Assembly: GCA_036003765.1 (NCBI GenBank)
Contig: DASYSC010000221.1
Span: forward strand, 2,969 to 66,968
Direction of reading: 5' to 3'
From: Candidatus Limnocylindria bacterium
GTDB taxonomy: Bacteria > Chloroflexota > Limnocylindria > P2-11E
Length of the DNA: 64,000 bases
The notes under the pieces are model-generated. The model saw only the letters and a program-made list of their open reading frames with translations, made no database searches and was not told the DNA's origin. This document shows, piece after piece, positions 47,599 to 56,614 of this stretch. Position 1 is the stretch's first letter; each line of letters starts with the position of its first letter. The translations under genes were made by a program, and so were the position numbers.

Positions 47599-49533
47599 TC
47601 AGCTCTGCTCCTTGAACTCGCCTTCGATCGTGTCGCCGTCCTTCTTCGCGCCGGCTCCGGCGGGCTCGCCCTCGGGCTGCTCAGCCCCGGGCTGACCCTG
47701 CGGCTCGGCTTGCTGCTTGGCCTGCTCCTGCTGGTACATGACCTCGCCGATCTTCGTCGAGGCTGCCCGCAGTGCCTCCGTGGCCGACTTGATCCGCTCG
47801 ACGTCGTCCGTCTTGAGGGCATCGCGTAGCGCGGCGAGCTTCTCCTCGACGTCCTTCTTCGTGTCGGCCGGGACCTTGTCGCCAAGGTCCTTGAGCGTCT
47901 TCTCGATGGAGTAGGCCATCGTGTCGCCCTGGTTCCGCGCCTCGATCTTCTCGCGGTTGCGCCGGTCTTCCTCCGCGTGTGCCTCAGCGTCCTTCACCAA
48001 GCGCTGGACCTCGTCCTTGGAAAGACCGCTCGATGCGGTGATCGTGACGTGCTGCTCGCGGCCAGTCGCCTTATCGCGGGCCTTGACGTTCACGATGCCG
48101 TTCGCGTCGATATCGAACGTCACCTCGATCTGCGGAATACCGCGGGGTGCCGGCGCGATCCCATCGAGGATGAACCGCGCGAGGCTCTTGTTGTCCGAGG
48201 CGAGCTCCCGCTCGCCCTGGGTCACGTGGATCTCCACCTGCGTTTGCGCATCCGAAGCGGTCGTGAAGATCTGCGACTTGGACGTGGGGATCGTCGTGTT
48301 CCGCTCGATGAGCTTGGTGGCGACGCCACCCAGCGTCTCGATGCCGAGCGAGAGAGGCGTGACGTCGAGGAGGAGGATGTCCTTGACCTCGCCCTTGAGC
48401 ACGCCGGCCTGGATCGCCGCGCCGATGGCGACGACCTCGTCCGGGTTCACGCTCTGGTTCGGTTGTTTGCCGTTGAAGAGCTTCTTGACGGTCTCGATGT
48501 CGAGCGGCATGCGCGTCTGGCCGCCGACTAGGACGACCTCGTCAATCTTGTCCGCGGTGACGTCCGCGTCCTTGAGGCACTGGCGGACCGGCGGGATGGT
48601 CTTCTCGACCAGATCCCCCACGAGCTGCTCGAGCTTGCTCCGCGTGAGCGTCATGACGAGGTGCTTCGGACCGGACTGGTCCGCGGTGATGAACGGAAGG
48701 TTGATCTCCGACTGCTGCGTCGAGCTCAGCTCGATCTTGGCCTTCTCCGCAGCCTCCTTGAGCCGCTGCAGCGCCTGCCGGTCGGACCGCAGGTCGATGC
48801 CCTGGTCCTTCTTGAACTCTTCCACCAGCCAGTCGATGACCCGCTGGTCGAAGTCGTCGCCGCCCAGGTGCGTGTCGCCATTTGTCGCCTTCACCTCGAA
48901 GACGCCTTCGCCGAGCTGCAGGACCGAGATGTCGAAGGTGCCGCCACCCAGGTCGTATACGGCGACGAGCTCGTCCTTCTTCTTGTCGAGGCCGTAGGCG
49001 AGCGCCGCCGCGGTCGGCTCGTTGATGATTCTCAAAACTTCGAGGCCCGCGATCTGACCCGCGTCCTTGGTGGCCTGTCGCTGCTGATCGTCGAAGTACG
49101 CCGGGACGGTGATGACCGCCTGCGTCACCTTGTCGCCAAGGTAGGCCTCCGAATCGGTCTTGAGCTTCTGAAGGATCATCGCCGAGACCTCGGGCGGCGT
49201 GAGTTTCTTGCCATTGCCGAGAACGATCTCGACGCCACCGTTGGCTGCCTGCTGGATCTTGTAGGGGACCATCTTCATGCTCCGCTGGACCTCAGGATCG
49301 GAGAATCTCCGGCCCATGAGGCGTTTCACGGAGTAGATCGTGTTCTCCGGGTTGGTGATCGCCTGCCGTTTCGCGAGCTGTCCGACGAGGCGCTCGCCGG
49401 TCTTGGTGAACGCGACGACGGACGGCGTGATGCGGCCGCCCTCCGCGTTCGGGATGATCGTCGGCTCGCCACCTTCCATGTAGGCGGCGGCCGAGTTGGT
49501 GGTTCCGAGATCGATGCCGATCACTTTTGCCAT
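47599..49533 (-). CDS. dnaK: Molecular chaperone DnaK (Hsp70)
   Basis: [14 protein letters not shown]... and full Hsp70 signatures. The track's upstream M at 49563 is an extension into grpE. Confidence 0.97.
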   Translation of the reverse strand: MAKVIGIDLGTTNSAAAYMEGGEPTIIPNAEGGRITPSVVAFTKTGERLVGQLAKRQAITNPENTIYSVKRLMGRRFSDPEVQRSMKMVPYKIQQAANGGVEIVLGNGKKLTPPEVSAMILQKLKTDSEAYLGDKVTQAVITVPAYFDDQQRQATKDAGQIAGLEVLRIINEPTAAALAYGLDKKKDELVAVYDLGGGTFDISVLQLGEGVFEVKATNGDTHLGGDDFDQRVIDWLVEEFKKDQGIDLRSDRQALQRLKEAAEKAKIELSSTQQSEINLPFITADQSGPKHLVMTLTRSKLEQLVGDLVEKTIPPVRQCLKDADVTADKIDEVVLVGGQTRMPLDIETVKKLFNGKQPNQSVNPDEVVAIGAAIQAGVLKGEVKDILLLDVTPLSLGIETLGGVATKLIERNTTIPTSKSQIFTTASDAQTQVEIHVTQGERELASDNKSLARFILDGIAPAPRGIPQIEVTFDIDANGIVNVKARDKATGREQHVTITASSGLSKDEVQRLVKDAEAHAEEDRRNREKIEARNQGDTMAYSIEKTLKDLGDKVPADTKKDVEEKLAALRDALKTDDVERIKSATEALRAASTKIGEVMYQQEQAKQQAEPQGQPGAEQPEGEPAGAGAKKDGDTIEGEFKEQS

Positions 49534-49534
49534 T

Positions 49535-50107
49535 TCAGTCCTTCTCCTTGCCTTCGCTCCCACTCGACACCGTCACCAATGCTGGACGGATGACCCGGTC
49601 GTGGAGTCGATATGCCTTCTGATGCTCTTGGATGACGGTCCCCTCCGGCTCATCGGACGGGACATGTGCGACCGCTTCGTGCTTGTACGGATCGAACGGC
49701 TGCCCGATCGAGTCGATGCCCTCGAGTCCCTCGGCCTCGAGGATGGCTCTCAGCTTCCGCTCGATGAGCCACATCCCCTCGACCCAGGCGGTCCCCTTGA
49801 GCTCGTCGGGGATCGTGGCCAGCGCGCGGTCGTACCCGTCGAGCACGTCGAGGAGCTTCGCGATCAGGTCGGATTTCGCGAACTTCGCGAACTCGGCGCG
49901 CTCGGCCTCGTTCCGCTTCCGGTAGTTGGCAAAGTCCGCCGCCATCCGCTTCAGATCGTTGGTGAGCTCGGCCTCTTTCTCGCTGCCCGCCGGCGCCTCG
50001 GGCTCCTCACTCGTGGCCGCCGGTGACTCACGCGTCTCGCCATTCGTACGTTCGCGCGATCGCCGCTCCAGCAGCTCCTCGGCGCGCCGCACCTTGTCGT
50101 CCATCAC
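49535..50107 (-). CDS. grpE: Nucleotide exchange factor GrpE
   Basis: GrpE coiled-coil and beta-domain pattern, positioned between hrcA and dnaK. Confidence 0.9.
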   Translation of the reverse strand: MMDDKVRRAEELLERRSRERTNGETRESPAATSEEPEAPAGSEKEAELTNDLKRMAADFANYRKRNEAERAEFAKFAKSDLIAKLLDVLDGYDRALATIPDELKGTAWVEGMWLIERKLRAILEAEGLEGIDSIGQPFDPYKHEAVAHVPSDEPEGTVIQEHQKAYRLHDRVIRPALVTVSSGSEGKEKD

Positions 50108-51156
50108 TGACCCTCCATGACCCTGACGAGGTCGCTCATGAGCGACCCCACGTAGCGGACCGCCCCGATCGACCGCGCGTAGTCCATCCGCGTCGGCCCG
50201 ACGACCCCAACAAAACCGATCACATCCGCGTCGGCCCCGTAACGGCCGACGACCAGGCTGCAGTCGCGGAGCGACTCCTGCCGGTGCTCGTGGCCGATCG
50301 TGATGTGAACCTCCCCTGCGCCCAGGTCGAGCGGCAGGATCTCGGCCAAACGCGTGTGGTCCTCGAAGAGGCTGAGCATTTCGCGGCCGCGATCGCCCTG
50401 CGCAAATTCGGGCTGGGCGAGGATGTTCTGGAACCCGTCGACGTACAGGTCGCGCGCACGGAAGGCGTCCTGCTCCTCGAGGATGCGGGCGAGCGCGCGG
50501 ACCACGTCCGCGTCTGCACCCGTCTCGCTCGCGCCACGCCCGAGCAGAGTTGCGGCGCTTCCGCCGGCGAGCGAATCCGTGAGGCGCGCCGACAGCCCGT
50601 GCAGATGCTCGGGGGTCGTCGGAGTCCCTAGTTCCAGGACCTGCTGCCGCACCGCGCCGCCCTCAAGAACGGCCACGATCAGGACACGGCGCTCGTGGAT
50701 CGGAACGACCTCGAGATGCCGCAGGGTCGTGCGCCTTGCGGCGGGCGGCGTCACGAGCGACGCCTCGGCGGTGAGCCGCGCGAGGCTCGAGGCAGCCACC
50801 CGGAGCCACGCCGCCGTGTCGGTCAGGGCCTGCTGGAACTGATGGGACACGGTCACCTGCTCCTCCGGACGCAGCCCCGACATCGGCATGAGGCTCTCGA
50901 TGAAGTAGCGGTAGCCGAGATCCGTCGGGACGCGTCCCGCCGAGGTGTGCGGGTGCGTCAGGAGGCCGCGCTCTTCGAGATCGGCGAGCTCGTTGCGCAC
51001 CGTCGCCGGCGAGACATCCAGGTGGTACCTCCGCACGAGCTGGGCAGACGACACCGGCTCGGCCGTGGCGATGTACTCGCGGATCACCGCCGAAAGCAGC
51101 TCCCGCGCTCGCCGGTCAAGCTCTGGAAACACGGCTGGATCGGGCTTGTTTGTCAA
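50104..51156 (-). CDS. hrcA: Heat-inducible transcription repressor HrcA (TTG start)
   Basis: HrcA winged-helix N-terminus (LSAVIREYIATAEPVSS) and a CIRCE immediately upstream. Confidence 0.9.
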   Translation of the reverse strand: MTNKPDPAVFPELDRRARELLSAVIREYIATAEPVSSAQLVRRYHLDVSPATVRNELADLEERGLLTHPHTSAGRVPTDLGYRYFIESLMPMSGLRPEEQVTVSHQFQQALTDTAAWLRVAASSLARLTAEASLVTPPAARRTTLRHLEVVPIHERRVLIVAVLEGGAVRQQVLELGTPTTPEHLHGLSARLTDSLAGGSAATLLGRGASETGADADVVRALARILEEQDAFRARDLYVDGFQNILAQPEFAQGDRGREMLSLFEDHTRLAEILPLDLGAGEVHITIGHEHRQESLRDCSLVVGRYGADADVIGFVGVVGPTRMDYARSIGAVRYVGSLMSDLVRVMEGQ

Positions 51157-51157
51157 A

Positions 51158-51184
51158 TTAGCACTCTCCTATCGAGAGTGCTAA
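51158..51184. promoter_or_regulatory. CIRCE operator (TTAGCACTC-N9-GAGTGCTAA), perfect consensus
   Basis: Exact match to the established HrcA-binding inverted repeat, 2 nt upstream of the hrcA TTG. Confidence 0.95.
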
Positions 51185-51185
51185 G

Positions 51186-51215
51186 AGCCTATCAGGGCCT
51201 CTTCGGCCCCGTCAA
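51186..51215 (-). promoter_or_regulatory. Putative sigma-A promoter of hrcA-grpE-dnaK (-35 TTGACG, 18-nt spacer, -10 TAGGCT) abutting the CIRCE
   Basis: Hexamers read from the minus strand. The geometry is typical of CIRCE-controlled promoters. Confidence 0.45.
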
Positions 51216-51303
51216 GACCGCGCCTGCGCGTGCGGGGGGCAAGAAGGCTGGCACGCCCCCTGCGGTTACGCAGTTTCATCCGGCACGCAGGAGGGTCTTT
51301 TTA

Positions 51304-51726
51304 ATGTTGTCCGAATTCAAGGTGTGGCTGCTCAAGGCAAACGTTCTCGCGCTGGCTCTCGCGTTCATCATCGGCGTCGCGCTGGCGGCGGTCGTCAACT
51401 CGCTCGTCAAAGACATCATCATGCCGCCGGTCGGGCTGCTCCTCGGAGGAGTGGACTTCAACAACCTCTTCATCGACCTCTCGGGTAAGCACCCCGCAAG
51501 CCTGAAGGCGGCGCAGGACGCGGGCTTGGCGACGCTCAACTACGGCGTGTTCATTAACACCGTTATTACGTTCATCATCGTGGCGTTCGTCGTGTTCATC
51601 ATCGCTCGGTCGTTCATACCAAAGCCCGCGCCAACGAAGGTCTGCCCGCGCTGTGCCGCGGATGACCTCCCGATGGCGGCGACACGCTGCCCGCACTGCA
51701 CGAGCGACATCCCTCGCGCCGCCTAG
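51304..51726 (+). CDS. mscL: Large-conductance mechanosensitive channel MscL with a C-terminal CxxC-x13-CxxC zinc-ribbon extension
   Basis: GGAGGG RBS. ANVLALALAFIIGVALAAVVNSLVKDIIMPP...LNYGVFINTVITFIIVAFVVFI is MscL. The tail KVCPRCAADDLPMAATRCPHCTSD is the zinc ribbon. Confidence 0.85.
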   Translation: MLSEFKVWLLKANVLALALAFIIGVALAAVVNSLVKDIIMPPVGLLLGGVDFNNLFIDLSGKHPASLKAAQDAGLATLNYGVFINTVITFIIVAFVVFIIARSFIPKPAPTKVCPRCAADDLPMAATRCPHCTSDIPRAA

Positions 51727-51825
51727 CACAGCGCGCGCCCTGCCACGCGCGCGCGGTGCTGGTTCGTCGGTCCCGGCTGATGCGCCGTTGCTCACCGCGG
51801 CGAGCCGGATCGCCGAGCGCGGGTT

Positions 51826-52218
51826 CTAGGCCGCGGTCGGCGAGAGAAGCGCGCGGACACGCGAGACCAGATCGTCCAGGTCGAAGGGCTTCGTCACGTA
51901 ATCGGCCGCGCCGAGCTCGGTCGCGTAGAGGCGCTCGGACAACCCGAAGATCGCGGTCACGACAACCACCGGTATCCGGGAGATGCGCCCGTCGGCACGG
52001 AGCTCGCGGAGGACCGAGAACCCGTCGCGCTTGGGCATCATCAGGTCGAGGACCATGCACGACGGACTGAGGTCGTCGACGTCGCGCATGGCCTCGTCAC
52101 CGTCGTGTGCGAGCTTCGCATCGAGGCCCTCGTCCTTCAGCGCGGTCATGATCACGTCGCCCAGCGCCGGGTCGTCCTCGACCACCAGCACGAGCGGGCG
52201 CTTCCGGTTCGTCACCAC
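51826..52218 (-). CDS. Single-domain response regulator (CheY-like receiver only)
   Basis: LVVEDD...D...LDLMMP...VVVVTA...K receiver motifs; no output domain. Confidence 0.85.
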   Translation of the reverse strand: MVTNRKRPLVLVVEDDPALGDVIMTALKDEGLDAKLAHDGDEAMRDVDDLSPSCMVLDLMMPKRDGFSVLRELRADGRISRIPVVVVTAIFGLSERLYATELGAADYVTKPFDLDDLVSRVRALLSPTAA

Positions 52219-52303
52219 TTAGCTCAATCTCCGGCTTGGCCGGGAGACACGCCTCCGGCAGGTTCGACTCGCGCCCCTGAGCGGACACCTCGCTCGGCCT
52301 TCA

Positions 52304-52981
52304 CTAAAAACGGATCTCCTTCTGGAGACGATCGGCGTCCTTGATCGCGATCCGGCGCCGCCGTATGGCGATGATCTCGCGACGCTCGAGGTCGCCGAGG
52401 ACGCGGTTCACGGAGACCCGCGACGCGCCGATGAAGGCCGCGAGCTCGTCCTGCGTGAGCGTGAGCTCGTTGCCATCGCCGCCGGTCGATCTCGCCAGGT
52501 CGAGCAGGTATTTCGCCACCCGGCTCGGCACGTCGAGGAAGATCAGGTCCTCCACCCGGTCCGAGAGGCGGCGGATCGTGCGGGCCAGGGTCTCGAGGAC
52601 GACGCGGAACGAGGCTGGATGCGACTCCAGATACGCGAGGAAATCGTCACCTGCGAGGAGGGCCGCGCGCGTGTCCTCGAGCGCCGTGGCGCTTGCCGAA
52701 CGCGGGCTGCGGTCGAAGAGCGCGAGCTCCCCGAAGAACTCCCCCGGGCGCATGATCGCGACGAGCGCTTCCTGGCCGAACTCCCCGGGGAGCGCGATCT
52801 TCACCGCGCCGTCCAGGACCATGTAGAGGTGCGTGCCCGGGTCGTCCTTGCGGAAGATGGTCTCGCCGCGGCGGTATTGCTTGGTCCGGACCCGGTCGCC
52901 GAGCTCGGCGAGCTCGCCGTCGGGAAGTCGCGAGAAGAGCGGCAGCCGGCGCAGGTGCTCGGCCACGCGCTGCTCAGGCAT
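52304..52981 (-). CDS. Crp/Fnr-family transcriptional regulator
   Basis: cNMP-binding domain (FGELALF) plus a C-terminal HTH (RVSVNRVLGDL). Confidence 0.85.
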   Translation of the reverse strand: MPEQRVAEHLRRLPLFSRLPDGELAELGDRVRTKQYRRGETIFRKDDPGTHLYMVLDGAVKIALPGEFGQEALVAIMRPGEFFGELALFDRSPRSASATALEDTRAALLAGDDFLAYLESHPASFRVVLETLARTIRRLSDRVEDLIFLDVPSRVAKYLLDLARSTGGDGNELTLTQDELAAFIGASRVSVNRVLGDLERREIIAIRRRRIAIKDADRLQKEIRF

Positions 52982-53031
52982 CGGCCGATTCTATGGTCCG
53001 AACTTGACGTCCCCACCATCATGAGCGCCCC

Positions 53032-53952
53032 ATGGACGAGGCGAAGCAGCGGACCGCAGTCACCGTCGGCGAGGCATACATCTCGGGCGCGCTGACGGCG
53101 CTCGAGGACGCGCCGCGCACCAAGCTCTTCTACGAGCTCCTGGCCGAGATCGCGGAAGCGGCCCATCTTCGCGCTTACCTCCCGCATCGCGTCACCGATC
53201 CAGTGGTGGCCGCTCACCTCGACCCTCGGGCGGTGTACGAGATCGATCGCGCGCACGTCACGGGTGCCGCGGTGTTGATCGCCTATGCCGGTATCCCGTC
53301 GTTCGGCGTGGGTATCGAGGTCGAGCTCGCGCGGGAGCACGGCGTCCCGGTGATCGTCGTCGCCGAGCGCGACCGACCGATCTCGCGCCTGCTCCTGGGC
53401 AATCCCGCGGTCCTCGAGGTCGTGCGGTTCGCCGACCTCGAAGGTCTTCGCCGACAGCTGCAAGACGCGCTGGTGCGGATCGCTACCACACCTCGCGACG
53501 GCGTCCGCACAGTCGTGGCGGATGATGTCGTGGTCCAGCGGTTTATCGCCAGCCTCGGTCACGCCCGCGAGCTTCCCGACGCGGAGGTGGCCGCGCTCCT
53601 GCGGATCGCCGACCTCGACGGCGAGGCCGCCGCGGTCTTGAAGGACGCTGTGGTGGGCGGGCGTCTCTTCGGTGCCGGGCTCCGAGATCTCGTCGGGCGT
53701 TATGCGCTTCGCGGGCCGGATCTCGCGGCGTTCATCCTGCGAGACGTTCTCGAACGATCGCTCGCCGAGACCGCACGCACGCTTGCCATTGACGTCCGGA
53801 CCGCGAAGCGCCACATCGCCACGGCGCGCGATCGCGTCGGCCTTCCCGAAGACGCCGAGGCCACGACGGTCGCACAATGGCTCGTGACCGAGCTCATCGC
53901 GCCACCGACGCGCGCGCTGCAGCTCCATCTCTTCACCGGAGGGCGCGCGTAG
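53032..53952 (+). CDS. Hypothetical protein; N-terminal nucleoside-2-deoxyribosyltransferase-like fold with a possible C-terminal HTH
   Basis: Weak pattern only (VLIAYAGIPSFGVGIEVELAREHGVPVIVV; C-terminal TARTLAIDVRTAKRHI). Confidence 0.35.
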   Translation: MDEAKQRTAVTVGEAYISGALTALEDAPRTKLFYELLAEIAEAAHLRAYLPHRVTDPVVAAHLDPRAVYEIDRAHVTGAAVLIAYAGIPSFGVGIEVELAREHGVPVIVVAERDRPISRLLLGNPAVLEVVRFADLEGLRRQLQDALVRIATTPRDGVRTVVADDVVVQRFIASLGHARELPDAEVAALLRIADLDGEAAAVLKDAVVGGRLFGAGLRDLVGRYALRGPDLAAFILRDVLERSLAETARTLAIDVRTAKRHIATARDRVGLPEDAEATTVAQWLVTELIAPPTRALQLHLFTGGRA

Positions 53953-53954
53953 CC

Positions 53955-54062
53955 ATGGGCAAGGGTCAGAAGAAGCAGAAGACCAAGGGCAAGCTCGGCT
54001 GGCGCAGCAAGAAGGCAAATCACGGCCGCAAACCGGGGATGGGCCGGGGCAAGCGCAACTAG
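53955..54062 (+). CDS. Small highly basic protein (35 aa; MGKGQKKQKTKGKLGWRSKKANHGRKPGMGRGKRN)
   Basis: GGAGGG RBS at 53937-53942; Lys/Arg-rich, ribosomal-protein-like. Not in the track (short). Confidence 0.35.
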   Translation: MGKGQKKQKTKGKLGWRSKKANHGRKPGMGRGKRN

Positions 54063-54165
54063 GGGCCGAGGGGGCGTCGCTTCGCGCTCCGCTACGCGTC
54101 CGGGGGCCCCTGCCCCCTGGGCCCCTGCCCTTAGCCCCCTCGAACCCCCAGCGCTGGTGTTCCCC

Positions 54166-54555
54166 CTAGCGGCGCTTTTTCCGAGTCGTGCTTCGCCGCG
54201 TCGTGCGCTTCGCGGTGCTACGGCGGCCCATGGTCTTGCGGCGCGCCGTGGTCTTGCGGCGCGCCGTCGCCTTGCGGCCTCCCCGCTTTGCGGTGCTCCG
54301 CTTGGCGGTCTTGCGCTTCGCGGTGGTCTTGCGGCGGCCGGTCGACCGCTTCGCGGTCGTCTTGCGTCCGCTCGTCGCCTTCTTCGCGGTAGAGCGGCGG
54401 CGCGTGGTCCTCTTCCGTCCGCCACCCATGCCCGACGACGAGCCGCTCATCGGCGAGGGTGGAGGCGGAGTCGGGCTCGTGGGTATCGGCGTGGGCCAGA
54501 CCGAACCGGGTTCCTTCTGCGCGGACCAATCGGTGCCTTGGTCTTCCTGGGTCAT
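54166..54555 (-). CDS. Histone H1-like/basic repeat nucleoid-associated protein (AKR/TAKR repeats)
   Basis: The ATG has GGGGAGGAACC upstream. N-terminal Pro/Ser-rich segment, then about 90 aa of (R/K)(K/R)T(T/A)AKR-type repeats. The DNA shows the corresponding about 18-bp tandem repeats. Confidence 0.65.
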   Translation of the reverse strand: MTQEDQGTDWSAQKEPGSVWPTPIPTSPTPPPPSPMSGSSSGMGGGRKRTTRRRSTAKKATSGRKTTAKRSTGRRKTTAKRKTAKRSTAKRGGRKATARRKTTARRKTMGRRSTAKRTTRRSTTRKKRR

Positions 54556-54654
54556 GGTTCCTCCCCGAACTGATCGGAAGCGATCGTGTGGTGATGGCAT
54601 ATCGAATTCGGTGCGTCACCGCAAGCACGGGAACTCATCTCGCTCCCGCCTTGT

Positions 54655-54891
54655 ATGGGTCGCGTGGAGATCGTCGAACAGCCCAACGACGCCGCCGGTG
54701 AATGGCATCCGTGGGAACCGCCGACATGGCTGGTCGCGCTCGGCCTCTGCCTGGCGCTCGTCGTGGGATTCGTGCGCGCCTCCGACGTGCGCGATCCGCG
54801 CCTGGAGCGTCAAGCGGGCCCCACGCCATGCGTGCCGCGCACCGCGCCGCAGCCACACGACGTCAACTACGTCTGGATCTGGTGCCCCTAG
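54655..54891 (+). CDS. Possible small membrane protein (78 aa, one TM)
   Basis: Only ORF in a 330-bp gap. TM segment WLVALGLCLALVVGFV. No SD. Confidence 0.25.
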   Translation: MGRVEIVEQPNDAAGEWHPWEPPTWLVALGLCLALVVGFVRASDVRDPRLERQAGPTPCVPRTAPQPHDVNYVWIWCP

Positions 54892-56045
54892 GGCAGAAGG
54901 CGCACGAAGACCTCGCTCGCGAGAAGCCGTCCGCGCGCCGTGAGCTGCGCGCGCTCACCGGACCAGCGCACGAGCCGCGCGCGCGAGACGTCGGCGAGCG
55001 CCGTCCGTACGCGTTTCGCGGCCTCTTCACCGAAGCGGACCGCGTAACGGCGGAGATCGAGGCCAGTATCGAGCCGCAGCGCGAGCATCGCGGCCTCCGC
55101 CCGAGGGTCCGATCCCAGGTCGGCGGTCCGGGCGGTCCCCGTCCGCGCGCGCTCGATGTACGCGCGGAGCTCCACCGGATTCGCCGAGCGGACGCCGGCG
55201 AGGTGGGTGTGCGCGCCGGCGCCCACGCCCAGCCACTCGCGGTCGCGCCAGTAGCCGAGGTTGTGGAGGGAGCGCTTGCCCGGCCTTGCCCAGTTCGCGA
55301 TCTCGTAGTGCCGGTAACCGTTGCCGCCCAGAACGCGCTCGGCGAGGCGGTAGAAGCGAGCGATGCCGCCATCGTCCGGCTGCGCCGCCGCAGCCCGCCG
55401 GCGCCAGCGCTCGAGCACCGGCCAGCCGCCCCCCGGCCAGTTCGCCACCGAGGCCTCAGGGTCGAGGCGCAGCTCCAGCGGATAGCAGGAAAGGTGATCA
55501 GGCTCAAGCGCGAGCGCGGCCGCGAGGTCGCGCTGCCAGTCGGCGGCGGTCTGGCCCGGCCAGCCGAAGATCAGGTCGAGGTTGACGTCGAGGCCGGCAT
55601 CGCGGGCGGCCACGAACGCGGCCGCGCTGTCCTGTGGCTGGTGCGTCCGGCCGAGCGCGCGCAGCCCGCGCGCGTCGAAGCTCTGCGCCCCCAAGGACAT
55701 GCGCGTGATGCCGAGCTCGCGCCAGGCATCGAGGCGCCCGCGGTCAAGCGTCGCGGGATTGGCCTCGACGGTGGCCTCGCGCGGGCGCAGGTCGAAAGCC
55801 TCGTGCAGCGCGTGGGCGAGTGATTCGATCTCGCCCGCGTCGAGAAGGCTCGGGGTACCTCCGCCGACGTACAGCGTCCGGATCCGCGGCCGCTCCAGCG
55901 CCCCTCCCTCGCGGGCGATCTCCTCGCCGAGGGCGTCGAGGTACTGCCCGCGGAGCCCGGTCGTCGCGGGCGCGGTCGCGAAGTCGCAGTACGGGCAGCG
56001 CGACGCGCAGAACGGGATGTGGACGTAGAGACCAATCCCCCTCAT
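54888..56045 (-). CDS. hemW: Radical SAM heme chaperone HemW (HemN-like)
   Basis: The ATG at 56045 gives [22 protein letters not shown] (CxxxCxxC radical SAM) and the HemW family pattern. The track ORF is over-extended at its N-terminus. Confidence 0.9.
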   Translation of the reverse strand: MRGIGLYVHIPFCASRCPYCDFATAPATTGLRGQYLDALGEEIAREGGALERPRIRTLYVGGGTPSLLDAGEIESLAHALHEAFDLRPREATVEANPATLDRGRLDAWRELGITRMSLGAQSFDARGLRALGRTHQPQDSAAAFVAARDAGLDVNLDLIFGWPGQTAADWQRDLAAALALEPDHLSCYPLELRLDPEASVANWPGGGWPVLERWRRRAAAAQPDDGGIARFYRLAERVLGGNGYRHYEIANWARPGKRSLHNLGYWRDREWLGVGAGAHTHLAGVRSANPVELRAYIERARTGTARTADLGSDPRAEAAMLALRLDTGLDLRRYAVRFGEEAAKRVRTALADVSRARLVRWSGERAQLTARGRLLASEVFVRLLP

Positions 56046-56614
56046 GCGGACCCTGGGGGATCGAGGGCAGAGCCCCCCGAGCTCTTGATCGCCCCGAGCG
56101 GATCCGGCAGCCCCGCGTCGACCGAGAGATCCGCGGTCCGGCCGAGATCGACGAACCACTCGCGCGACTCGTGCACGAACGCAAGCAGGTGACTTGGCTT
56201 CCAGTCCACCTCAGTGACGATTCGCTCCTCGCCGAACTCGGGCAGGAGTAGAACGTAGGCGGTGGCGCGATCGACGACCCGGGCGCCCGAGACGCCAAAG
56301 CCACCAAGCTTCTCCGCGCCGCCGAGCGCGCCGACGATGGAGTCACGCAGCGGCGCGACGACCTCGGCGAGGCGCGCGTCCTCGCCCGAGGGTGCGACCC
56401 CCGCGGCGCGGTGCAGAGCGACCGCGGCACGACCCGCGTAGTGGCCCTCGAGCAGACCGCGCGTCTCACGCGAGAGGCACTCCCAGATCGTGGCGGCTTC
56501 GTTGCTCGCGACCGCCTGAAGGAAGGTCGTGGCCGCGAGCTGCGTCGGGTGCTCGAACTGCACCTTCGGGACGGCCGGGGGCCGGGGGGCAGAGCCTCCC
56601 GAGTTCTTGGTCAT
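56042..56614 (-). CDS. Hypothetical protein (190 aa) inserted between lepA and hemW; both ends lie inside 30-bp direct repeats
   Basis: ATGA overlap with the lepA stop (56611-56614) and with the hemW start (56042-56045). The N-terminus [13 protein letters not shown] and C-terminus [15 protein letters not shown] are encoded by the repeat copies. Confidence 0.55.
   Translation of the reverse strand: MTKNSGGSAPRPPAVPKVQFEHPTQLAATTFLQAVASNEAATIWECLSRETRGLLEGHYAGRAAVALHRAAGVAPSGEDARLAEVVAPLRDSIVGALGGAEKLGGFGVSGARVVDRATAYVLLLPEFGEERIVTEVDWKPSHLLAFVHESREWFVDLGRTADLSVDAGLPDPLGAIKSSGGSALDPPGSA

Noticed and set aside
53005-53010. TTGACG hexamer upstream of the 53032 ORF as a promoter -35
   Set aside because: No acceptable -10 lies at a 16-18-nt spacing, so it is too speculative to annotate.
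54180-54420. About 18-bp tandem repeats, considered as a non-coding repeat element
   Set aside because: They encode the lysine/arginine-rich repeats of a histone-like protein on the minus strand.
54702-55823. 373-aa plus-strand ORF
   Set aside because: It is antisense to hemW and its Arg/Ala-rich translation has no motifs.
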